Positions 19,045 to 27,918 of a stretch of 64,000 nucleotides of DNA are shown here, piece after piece. The stretch is from an uncultured Gemmatimonadaceae bacterium (lineage in GTDB: Bacteria; Gemmatimonadota; Gemmatimonadetes; Gemmatimonadales; Gemmatimonadaceae): NCBI GenBank assembly GCA_963790305.1, contig CAWBOC010000005.1:672001-736000 (forward strand), given 5' to 3'. Position numbers and translations under genes: made by a program. How positions within the stretch are numbered: the stretch's first letter is position 1; the number at the start of each line of letters is the position of its first letter. The notes under the pieces were generated by a model. That model was not told the DNA's origin. It did no database searches and saw nothing but the letters and a program-made list of their open reading frames with translations.

Positions 19045-20276
19045 ACTCCAGGGCCCGTTCTTCTCGCGACCACCGCCGCCGATGTCATGTGTCCCGTGAC
19101 GTTCAACACTCCCTTGAACAGATCGGGAATCGAGTCGGCCGCGATGAGCAGGCCAATCGCTTCGATAGGAATGCCAAGGCCGGTGAGAAAAGGACCCATG
19201 AGAAAAATGCTCGCACTCGGCAGCCCGGGAACGCTGAAGCTCATGAGGATGCTGGTACCGAGGAGCAAGACGAACTGCTCCGGGGCAATGACGACACCGT
19301 AGAGGCGCGCCAGGAAGGGAATCGAGACGCTCCACATGATGGGCGTCGACAGACGCAGCGTCGTCACCGCGAGTGGGAGCATGAAGCTCGTCACCTGCGC
19401 GGGAAAACCGAGCCGCTCCCGCGCCGATTCGACCATGGCTGGCAGCGCCGCGAGCGATGACCGCGCGCTGAACGCGATCGCTTGCGGCGGAACAAGCGCG
19501 CGCGCGAAGCGGGCCAGCGGCTGACGCCCTGCGACGACCGCGACGACATACAGCAGGAGCGTCACGAGGATGATGACGCCGCTGATCAACGCGATGTAGA
19601 GAGCAAGCGCGCGGACGGCGCTGAGGCCCGTTCGGATCACGAGCGTCATCGCGAGCGCGAATACGCCGAGCGGGGCGACCGCGATCAACCAGCCGACGAT
19701 GACCGTCATCGCTTCGGCAATCGCCCGAAACACGCCCGCGACCGCCTCGCGTCGCTCGACGCCGATGCGCGCGAGCGCGAGGCCAAAGAGAATCGCGAAG
19801 GTGACGAGCGGCAGCATCGCCCCATCGGCCGCGGCCCTAATGGGATTGGCGGGCACGGTGCTGACGATGAGATCGGAGAATTTCGGGAGCTGGCGCGCCG
19901 TCGCGACCACGGAGCTGTCCATCGTCGACCGCATCAGCGCGGTCGTCTCGGGATCGATCGGGATGCGCAAGACGAGCGGCGTCGCGACGAGCGCACTCAC
20001 GAGCGCGGTTCCAACCAGCAGCGCGAGAAAAACAGCGAGTGCCACCGCTCCGAGCCGGCCGGCGGAGCCGGTATCGACCGTGGCGACAATGCCGGTTACG
20101 AGCAGCGACAGCACGAGCGGGATGAGCACCATCTGAAGCGCGCGGACCCAGAGCGTCCCGATGGGCTCGACGACGGCCGCGACGGTGCGGAGTACGGGCG
20201 CGTCGAGCGCAGCGATCGCGGCGCCGGCGAGGAGGCCGGCGACGAGGGCGAGAAGGACGCGGGAGGTGGAGCTCAA
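19026..20276 (-). CDS. Dicarboxylate/amino acid:cation symporter (DAACS)
   Basis: LQMVLIPLV, VPANPI, AFSARSSLAALP, VPGLP, LNVTGH; probable TTG start (MSSTSRVLLAL). Confidence 0.9.
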   Translation of the reverse strand: MSSTSRVLLALVAGLLAGAAIAALDAPVLRTVAAVVEPIGTLWVRALQMVLIPLVLSLLVTGIVATVDTGSAGRLGAVALAVFLALLVGTALVSALVATPLVLRIPIDPETTALMRSTMDSSVVATARQLPKFSDLIVSTVPANPIRAAADGAMLPLVTFAILFGLALARIGVERREAVAGVFRAIAEAMTVIVGWLIAVAPLGVFALAMTLVIRTGLSAVRALALYIALISGVIILVTLLLYVVAVVAGRQPLARFARALVPPQAIAFSARSSLAALPAMVESARERLGFPAQVTSFMLPLAVTTLRLSTPIMWSVSIPFLARLYGVVIAPEQFVLLLGTSILMSFSVPGLPSASIFLMGPFLTGLGIPIEAIGLLIAADSIPDLFKGVLNVTGHMTSAAVVARRTGPGVALEER

Positions 20277-20294
20277 GGGTGGCGAGGTTATCCC

Positions 20295-20362
20295 GGTCGT
20301 CGAGGTGATCGACGTGAAGTCACCTCGATGGCCTCGATTACCTCGACTACCTCGACCACCTA
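20295..20362. repeat. Palindromic element with 9-bp tandem arms (GTCGAGGTN family), copy 1
   Basis: GGTCGTCGAGGTGATCGA...(ACCTCGAYT)n, starting at the kinase TAG stop. Confidence 0.8.
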
Positions 20363-23300
20363 TTGCTCCTTCACCCTCAACGCCTCCAGCCTCCTGCGGA
20401 CTTCCGCGACGCGCGGCTGCAGATCGGGATCGGCATCCTTCCACAGGGTGATGAACTGCGTGTAGTACTCGGCTGCCTTTCCCGCGTCACCTCGCTCCTC
20501 GTACAGTGCGCCGAGGCGGCGCAGCGTGGACGCGAGCCATGTGCCGTCGAGGTGGCGCGTCAGCCTGCCCCAGGTGGGCGTGTGGATGTAGCGCTCGTAC
20601 GCCGCGATCGCGGAGTCAGGCATCTGGCCCATCTCGAACGCCATGCCTAACAGGGGGTCCAGGCAAATGCTGCAGTCGCTCGCCGGACCGTCAGGGTAGC
20701 TGTCGCCCAGCCGTAGCTCAGTAATCGCATCAGTGGGACGATGCTCGGCCAACGCAATGAGGCCGAGCATCGTACGGCGGCCGGGCTCTCGCATCCGGCG
20801 CATCGCGCTGTCCGTCACCTCGGCGTCGTACCGGGCGAGGGTCGCACGTGCCTCTTGCGGCCGTCCGGCAATGGCATTGAGCGCGGCCACATCGAAGTAC
20901 GGCCGGCGCTCGAGATCGATCGAGGTCAGCGGCGTGCGCGCCAGCGCAGCATCGAGCCGCCGGATGCCAGCCGCTGGCTGCTCGCGCAGCCAGATATCGT
21001 CCGCGGCGACCATCAGCGAATCATAGAGCGGAAGCGGCGGAACGCCGCGTGCCTCGAGGAGCCTCTGCTGCTCCGCCCGCAGCTGCATGCTCTCGCGCAG
21101 GCGCCCCCGCACCGCGGCGAGATCCGACTGGATGCTCACCGCCGCGATGCGGGCTTGAGCGTCGCTCGACGACCGCTCCTCCCTAATGAGAAGGAGGAGG
21201 GAATCGGACTTGCCCTCCTGATACAGCCGGGGGATGACGTTGAGCGAGAGACCTGGAATGGTTGGAAAGCGGCGTCGCATTTCCGTGGCGACGGAGTCCT
21301 GCGCGAGAAGCTTGCCCTGATCGAACAAGGTCGACTGGAGGTTCCCGTAGGCGATGGACGTGGCCTGTTCCGAGGCAATCGCTCGCCGATAGGCGTCTTC
21401 CGCCTTCTCGAACTCCCGCTTGCTGCGATAAATGTTGCCCAGGTTGTTCAACGCCGCGCTGTTCGTCGGGTCGATCTCGAGCAGCTGCTCGTAGGCGGCA
21501 GCGGCGCGCTGACGGTCGATGACGCGACCGGTCCCGTAGTACGAGCCCTCGGTGAGGAGCCGCTCGCGATCGGTGAGGCGGTCTCGAAACCGAAATGCGC
21601 GATTGAGCGCGGTGTCGGCGGAGCCTAACGGACCGATGCCGCTGTTGCGATGGGCCACGCCGAGCTTGCGGTACGCCATCGCGAACGCGGTGTCGAGCTG
21701 CACCGCCTGCTGCAGGAGCGAGATCGCGCGGGGATAGTCGCCCTCGACATCCATCGCGCGCGCGCCGGCCACGTACTTGCGGAGCGCGTCGAGGGACGGG
21801 GTCGTCACCTGCGCCAGCGGCGGCGCAGCGCGTACGGTCTTCAGCGACTCCCCGATCCGGCCGCGCAGCTCGCGTGAGAGCTCATCGAGGGCAGGAATGA
21901 GATCGCGCGGCGATTCGGCCGTCTCGCGAAAGGCCGCCAGCTCATCACCGCTCTCGGCGGCGCTCAGACGGAGCACGATGAGGAAGCCATCCCCCACGGC
22001 GCTGATCTCGCCGTGCAGCACCGCCTCGATTCCTTCGCGGACGGCGACCTCGCGCGCGAGCTGAAGATCCACTCGCGCGTTCGGCGGTCGCTCCATTCGG
22101 CGCAGCGCGGCCGTGACCGCGCTCATCGAAACGACTGACACCGCCTTCGACTGTCCCAGCTCGGTGCGCACGGCCTCCGACGCAATGTGCCCCAGCGAGG
22201 AGTCGGCACCCGTCACGCGAAAGTCGGCGACGAGAATGCGGTCATCATCGCTCAGCTTGCCGGCGGCCAGCAGCGATCCCGCCGGTCCGATCCCCATGGC
22301 GCGTAACGCCATGAACACCCCGACGACGAGCACGAACGCAGCGAGCGTATATGCGCCCCCGAGGGCCGCGCGCCGCCAGGTGAAGTGATGACCCGCCTTC
22401 ACCGCGATGGCCTCGACCCCCTTCGGCGCTGCGAGACCGCCGCTCGTCGTCATCCTCGGCGTCATCGTCGCCAGCCGGCGCGACACGCGATGCATGTACG
22501 CCGTGGCGATGATCACGGGCAGCCCGAGCGCCATGACGATCAACGCGCCAGTGAACACCCAGTCGGGCAATCCGATTCCTGTGACGGCGACTCGCGCGAG
22601 TATCGCGACGATCGCAAACGCGATCACGTACGCGACGAGCGCGCCCTTCCACGCGCCGGGGCGGCCGAGCAGCATCGCGGGCATCGCCGCCAGCGTGTCG
22701 CTCGTCGGCGTCGCATCGAGTGTCCGGCCAACCTCGGCCGCCGACGCCGGGCGGTGACCTGGATCCTTCTCGAGCAGGCGCATGACGAGATCGCTCAGCG
22801 AGGCTGGCGCGTCCAGTCGAAGCTCACCGACCGGACGTGGGGCCTCGGTGAGATGCGCCGCGAGCATTCGCTGCGGCGACCGATCGTGGAAGGGCGTGTG
22901 GCCGGCGAGCAGCTCATAGGCCAGACATCCCAGCGCGTACAGGTCGGCGCGATGATCAATGGTGGGGTCGCCGGCGGCTTGTTCGGGCGCCATGTACGCC
23001 GGTGTCCCCAACGACATCCCGATCTGCGTGAGCGTGCCACCGGGCGCCTCACGAGAGGCCGAGAGGGCCTTCGCGATGCCGAAGTCGGTGACGACCGCGG
23101 TGCCGCCGGAGAGCAGCACGTTGTCGGGTTTGATGTCGCGGTGCACGACGCCGCGCCCGTGCGCGAACTCCAGGGCGCGCGCGACGTCTCTCAGAATGCT
23201 CATGACGTCCGCGAGCGGCAGCGCGCCATCGGCGTCGAGCCGCGCGCGGAGCGATTCCCCTTCCACGAACGGCATGGTGTACCAGGGAATTCCATTCGTG

Positions 23301-23551
23301 TCGCCAGCGGACAACACCGGAACGATGTTCGCCTGCTGCAGAGAAGCGGCGACCTGAATCTCCCGCTCGAACCGCTCGGCGTTGATGCCCGCGGCGAGCT
23401 CGCCGGCCAGCACCTTCACCACGACGCGTCGCCGCAGCCGGTTCTCCATCGCCAGGAACACCCGCGACATCCCCCCACCGCCGAGCTCGCGCTCGATGAG
23501 GTAGGCGGTGCCGAGAGAGGACTGAAGCTGGGTTGCGAAGTCGGAGGGCAC
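20360..23551 (-). CDS. Hanks-type Ser/Thr protein kinase with TM segments and TPR repeats
   Basis: LGGGGMSRV, VVVK, HRDIKPDN, TDFG, GTPAYMAPEQ, ADLYALG; TPR-like helices at the C-terminus. Confidence 0.93.
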   Translation of the reverse strand: MPSDFATQLQSSLGTAYLIERELGGGGMSRVFLAMENRLRRRVVVKVLAGELAAGINAERFEREIQVAASLQQANIVPVLSAGDTNGIPWYTMPFVEGESLRARLDADGALPLADVMSILRDVARALEFAHGRGVVHRDIKPDNVLLSGGTAVVTDFGIAKALSASREAPGGTLTQIGMSLGTPAYMAPEQAAGDPTIDHRADLYALGCLAYELLAGHTPFHDRSPQRMLAAHLTEAPRPVGELRLDAPASLSDLVMRLLEKDPGHRPASAAEVGRTLDATPTSDTLAAMPAMLLGRPGAWKGALVAYVIAFAIVAILARVAVTGIGLPDWVFTGALIVMALGLPVIIATAYMHRVSRRLATMTPRMTTSGGLAAPKGVEAIAVKAGHHFTWRRAALGGAYTLAAFVLVVGVFMALRAMGIGPAGSLLAAGKLSDDDRILVADFRVTGADSSLGHIASEAVRTELGQSKAVSVVSMSAVTAALRRMERPPNARVDLQLAREVAVREGIEAVLHGEISAVGDGFLIVLRLSAAESGDELAAFRETAESPRDLIPALDELSRELRGRIGESLKTVRAAPPLAQVTTPSLDALRKYVAGARAMDVEGDYPRAISLLQQAVQLDTAFAMAYRKLGVAHRNSGIGPLGSADTALNRAFRFRDRLTDRERLLTEGSYYGTGRVIDRQRAAAAYEQLLEIDPTNSAALNNLGNIYRSKREFEKAEDAYRRAIASEQATSIAYGNLQSTLFDQGKLLAQDSVATEMRRRFPTIPGLSLNVIPRLYQEGKSDSLLLLIREERSSSDAQARIAAVSIQSDLAAVRGRLRESMQLRAEQQRLLEARGVPPLPLYDSLMVAADDIWLREQPAAGIRRLDAALARTPLTSIDLERRPYFDVAALNAIAGRPQEARATLARYDAEVTDSAMRRMREPGRRTMLGLIALAEHRPTDAITELRLGDSYPDGPASDCSICLDPLLGMAFEMGQMPDSAIAAYERYIHTPTWGRLTRHLDGTWLASTLRRLGALYEERGDAGKAAEYYTQFITLWKDADPDLQPRVAEVRRRLEALRVKEQ

Positions 23552-23626
23552 GGGGAGCCAAATCTAGAAGCGAGAGCGACGTGCAGCCAGCAACGCCGTA
23601 CGGCCACACGCGCTACATTGTGTCCG

Positions 23627-25216
23627 GTGGAAGACTTCGCGGCGCTGCTCGCCCTCATCGGGATCGTCATCGTCGTCTCCTCGCTGGTCTCCGGGGCGGT
23701 GGAGCGCACTGGGCTGCCACAGGTCGCGATCTTCCTCGCCCTTGGTGCCGGGCTCGGCCCATGGGGATTGGGTCTCGTCAATGTCAGCCTCGATTCGCCG
23801 ACATTGCGTGTCATTGCGGTGCTGGCGCTCGTCCTCGTGTTGTTCAGCGACGCGATTTCCGCCGACACGGGCGCGTTGCGAAAACAGCGCGGGCTCGCCC
23901 TCCTCGTGCTCGGCCCCGGTACACTGATCGTCGCGGCGCTCATTGCCGGCGCAGCCCATCTGCTTCTCTCGTTGAGCTGGGCCCACGCGGCAATCCTGGG
24001 TGCCGCGCTCGCATCGACCGATCCGGTGCTGTTGCGCACGGTACTTCGGCATCAGCGACTCCCGGAATCCACGCGGCTCGCGCTACGCATGGAAAGCGGG
24101 ATGAACGACGCAGTGCTGCTGCCCATCGTCGTCATCGCGATGCATTTCGCACCGCTCCCACCGGTCGCGATGGAGAGCAGCCTCGCACGCAGCATGGTGG
24201 GTCTGTTCGTGCTCGGACCGCTCATCGGAGGGTTCGTTGGGTGGCTCGGCATCATCGCGCTCGTTCGCGTCCGCGATCGCATCGGGGTGCGTCGCGACTA
24301 CGAATCGCTGTACGCGCTCGGCATCGCGCTGACCGCGTTCGCGCTCGCTGAGCGCGTTGGAGGCAGCGGCTTTCTGGCGGCGTTCGCGGCGGGGCTGGTG
24401 ATCGCCGTGCAGGACCTCGAGCTGTGCGACTGCTTTCTCGAGTACGGCGAAGCGACCGCGGAGATGTTCCTGCTGTTGACGTTCGTCGCCTTCGGCGCCT
24501 CGCTGTTGTGGACGGGCCTCGACGCGCTGGATGGACGCACCCTCGCATTCGCGGGGTTCGCGTTGATCGTCCGTACGGCGACGCTCTATCCGGTGCTCGC
24601 GCGCGCGGGTCTCGATGCGCGAAATCGCCGCCTCATCGCGTGGCTTGGTCCGCGAGGGCTGAGCTCGCTTCTTCTCGTGCTCCTGCCGGTGTTCGCCGGG
24701 ATGCCGGGTGCGGCCGGCCTCTTCACGATCACCTGTCTGGTCGTCCTGCTGTCGGTGATCGTGCATGGAAGCGGCATCGCGATCTGGCTCAGGCGCGATA
24801 CGAGGGAGAAACGAGGAGGGCGGAATGAGGACGCTCGGGGCAAAGAAGCTCCCGTGCCGGCGGTGTCATCCGGCGTCGCCGACGCTACGCCCATCACCAT
24901 CGATGAGCTTCGCCGGCGGCTCGAGCACGGCGACACCGTGCACATCATCGATGCGCGCGCCGACCGCAACTGGGAGCAGGACGATCGCGTGGCACGCGGG
25001 GCGATCCGGCTCTCACCTAACGATGCGGTGCGAACGGCGAGGGAGCTCGGCCTCGACCGTCACGGGTCGCTGGTGGTGTACTGTGCCTGACCCGACGAAG
25101 CGACGAGCGCCCGTGTGGCGCGCGAGCTGATAGCGGCGGGCTGGGCGGACGTACGCCCCCTGGTTGGGGGGTGGCGCGCGTGGCTCGATGCGGGACTTCC
25201 CACTGATCCCAAGTAA
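23627..25216 (+). CDS. CPA1/NhaP-type cation:proton antiporter fused to a C-terminal rhodanese domain; predicted selenocysteine at TGA 25088-25090 (529 aa, U488)
   Basis: ASTDPV and ESGMND antiporter motifs; rhodanese IIDAR..GAIR..VVYCA*PDEATSARVARELIAAGWADVRPLVGGWRAWLDAGLP continues in frame past TGA to TAA 25214-16. Confidence 0.85.
25100..25127 (+). other. Candidate bacterial SECIS hairpin
   Basis: GCGCC-CGTGT-GGCGC (25107-25121); loop begins 22 nt after UGA with G second in the loop; stem can be extended below. Confidence 0.7.
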
Positions 25217-25222
25217 TCCCGA

Positions 25223-25286
25223 TTGACATTGTCGGGATTGCTGCCTAGCATCCCGCGTTCGCGCTAGTTGAAATCGATTCTCAACT
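25223..25286 (+). promoter_or_regulatory. Sigma70 promoter and Fur-box-like operator
   Basis: TTGACA(25223-28)-17-TAGCAT(25246-51); palindrome GTTGAAATCGATTCTCAAC (25267-85) matches 10/14 positions of TGATAATnATTATCA. Confidence 0.7.
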
Positions 25287-25293
25287 GTCCACC

Positions 25294-27660
25294 ATGCTCC
25301 GCTCTACCGTCATCGCGTTGGCCTGCGCCTTGGCCGCCTCCCCCGCCGCTGCCCAGCAGGCGCTCACCGCCAGCCTTCCGTCCATCGCGAGCGCCGACAC
25401 CACAAGGGTCTACCGCTTCGACATCCCGGCCCAGCCGCTCGGTGACGCGCTCGCCGACTTCGCACGGCAGACCGGCCTCGAGGTCGAGCTATCGGATCCG
25501 ACCGCCAATTCGGTTCAGGCCACCGCCGTCAGTGGCTCGCTCACCGCGCCCGCGGCGCTTCGCGCGCTGCTCGCCGAAACCGGATTCGACGCGCGGTTCG
25601 AGAACGCCGAATCGGTGCTCGTTATGCGCCGACCGTCGAGCGACGCCGCGCCGCGGGAGCTGGCCCGGGTCGTCGTCACCGCCGATGCGGCCCGCGGTGC
25701 GAGATACACCGCCCGCCGGAGTGCGACGGCCACACGGACCGACGCCGAGATTCGCGACGTGCCGCAGGCGATCACGGTACTCGGTCGCGACCTGATCGAC
25801 GACCAGGCGATGCGAGGCATGGCGGACGTCGTGCGCTATGTTCCCGGAATCACGATGGGGCAGGGGGAGGGACACCGCGATGCGCCGACGATTCGCGGCA
25901 ACAGCACCACCGCGGATTTCTTCGCTGATGGCGTTCGCGACGATGCCCAGTACTTCCGCGACCTCTACAACATCGACCGCGTGGAGGCCTTGAAGGGGCC
26001 GAACGCGATGGTGTTCGGGCGGGGCGGCGGTGGCGGCGTGATCAATCGGGTGACGAAGGAGGCGACGTGGACGCCCACGCGTGCGTTCACTCTTGCCGGC
26101 GGCTCGTTCGAGCACCGCCGCGCCACGCTCGATGTCGGTGATGGGTTTGGCCGAAGCTTCGCCGCGCGGCTCAACGGCATGATCGAGGATTCACGTCAGT
26201 TCCGCAATGCGACGGGACTGGAGCGTCATGGCGTAAATCCAACGGCGACGATGCTCGCCGGGAATACGCTCGTGAAGGTCGGGTACGAGTACTTCGCCGA
26301 TCGCCGCACGGTGAATCGAGGCATCCCGTCATTCCGCGGAGCACCATCCAACGCTCCGATCGAGACGTTCTTCGGCGACCCGAACGCCAGCCGCTCCCGG
26401 CTCGTTATGCATGGGGGCAGCGCGATGGTCGAGCGGACGTGGGGGACCATCACGCTCCGAAATCGCAGTCGCCTCGTACGCTACGACAAGTTCTACCAGA
26501 ACGTCTTTCCCGGCGCGGTGAACGAGGCCGGCACCGACGTCAGTCTCTCCGCCTACAACAACGCGACCGATCGGCGAAGCCTCTTCAATCAAACCGACCT
26601 GGTGTACGCCTTCGGCACTGGGCGCGTGCGACAGACATTCCTCGCCGGCGTCGAGCTCAGCCACCAGCGGTCGGACAACTACCGCACGACCGGGCTCTTC
26701 GACGGAACGGCGACGTCGATGCTGGTGCCGTTCGCATCGCCCACCGTATCTCCGACGATCGAGTACGTGCAGAGGCCGGCGGATGCGAACAATCGCGTCA
26801 ACGCGGACGTCGTGGCCTTCTACGCGCAGAACCAGGTGTCGCTCGGGTCGCATTGGCAGGCGATCATCGGAGCGCGCTACGATCGCTTCGACCTGAGCTT
26901 CCACGACTATCGGGGCGGAGAAGATCTCACGCGTCTCGACGCGATGGTCTCGCCTCGTGTCGGTCTCGTGTTCAAGCCGGTCGAGCCCGTGTCGCTCTAC
27001 GGATCGTACAGCGTGTCGTATCTTCCCGGGTCGGGCGACCAGTTCGCGTCGCTCACTCCCACGACTCATGCGCTCGAGCCGGAGGGCTTTACCAATCGCG
27101 AGGTCGGGCTCAAGTGGGACCTGCGCCCCGTACTCGCGCTGACAGCCGCGTGGTATCGCCTCGATCGCACGAATACCGCGGCGCCCGATCCCAACAGCAC
27201 GACGCGACTGGTCCAGACGGGGCGCCAGCGCGGCACCGGATACGAGCTCGCTCTCGCCGGCGACATCGTCGGAGCATGGCAGATCGCAGCGGGCTACGCG
27301 TCGCAGAAAGCGACGATCCTGAGCAAGACGTCAGCCGCCGAGGCAGGTGCGACGGTCCCGCTCGTTCCGCGTGAGACATTCTCGCTCTGGAACCGATATC
27401 AGGTCGTTCAACGCCTGGGTGTCGGCCTCGGCGTCATCCATCAGTCGCGAATGTTCGCCGCGATCGACAACACGGTCACGTTGCCCGGTTTCACGCGGCT
27501 CGACGCGGCCGCCTTCGTGACGCTCACCCCGTCCATGCGCGCGCAGCTCAACGTCGAGAACGTGCTCAACGAGCGGTATTACCCGACATCGCACGGGAAC
27601 AACAACATCGGTCCCGGTGCGCCGCGGACGCTGCTGTTCTCGTTGGCTCTTACCCCTTAG
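25294..27660 (+). CDS. TonB-dependent siderophore receptor with an N-terminal STN signalling domain
   Basis: FDIPAQPLGDALADFARQTG (STN); DVPQAITV, IRG, RVEALKGPNA, GGVINRVTK; C-terminal NVENVLNERY..GAPRT. Confidence 0.93.
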   Translation: MLRSTVIALACALAASPAAAQQALTASLPSIASADTTRVYRFDIPAQPLGDALADFARQTGLEVELSDPTANSVQATAVSGSLTAPAALRALLAETGFDARFENAESVLVMRRPSSDAAPRELARVVVTADAARGARYTARRSATATRTDAEIRDVPQAITVLGRDLIDDQAMRGMADVVRYVPGITMGQGEGHRDAPTIRGNSTTADFFADGVRDDAQYFRDLYNIDRVEALKGPNAMVFGRGGGGGVINRVTKEATWTPTRAFTLAGGSFEHRRATLDVGDGFGRSFAARLNGMIEDSRQFRNATGLERHGVNPTATMLAGNTLVKVGYEYFADRRTVNRGIPSFRGAPSNAPIETFFGDPNASRSRLVMHGGSAMVERTWGTITLRNRSRLVRYDKFYQNVFPGAVNEAGTDVSLSAYNNATDRRSLFNQTDLVYAFGTGRVRQTFLAGVELSHQRSDNYRTTGLFDGTATSMLVPFASPTVSPTIEYVQRPADANNRVNADVVAFYAQNQVSLGSHWQAIIGARYDRFDLSFHDYRGGEDLTRLDAMVSPRVGLVFKPVEPVSLYGSYSVSYLPGSGDQFASLTPTTHALEPEGFTNREVGLKWDLRPVLALTAAWYRLDRTNTAAPDPNSTTRLVQTGRQRGTGYELALAGDIVGAWQIAAGYASQKATILSKTSAAEAGATVPLVPRETFSLWNRYQVVQRLGVGLGVIHQSRMFAAIDNTVTLPGFTRLDAAAFVTLTPSMRAQLNVENVLNERYYPTSHGNNNIGPGAPRTLLFSLALTP

Positions 27661-27664
27661 TTGT

Positions 27665-27864
27665 TTGGAACCGCAGATGGCCGCAGAGGGCCGCAATACC
27701 TGCAACGGCTTTTGACTCCATGCAAGATGAAGTTCCCAAGGTTTCTTGGCTACACCTACGCGGAATCAGATCGGGCGCCAGAGCCATCTGCGTCATTTGC
27801 GTTCATCGGCGCCTGCCTTCGCCGTTGAAGTATTGCGGCCATCTGCGGCCATTTGCGGTTCCAA
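27665..27864. repeat. Long palindromic element with GGCCGCAGA-type tandem arms
   Basis: TTGGAACCGCAGATGGCCGCAGAGGGCCGCAATAC..CAACGGC / GCCGTTG..GTATTGCGGCCATCTGCGGCCATTTGCGGTTCCAA. Confidence 0.85.
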
Positions 27865-27918
27865 TCGGCTCGTTGCGCAACAAGAGCAGGAATGCGGCTT
27901 GCTGAAGAGGTCCGCACC

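Noticed and set aside
22385..23626. 414-aa N-terminal extension of the 901-aa ORF
   Set aside because: It is the antisense shadow of the kinase gene; transporter-like sequence starts at GTG 23627
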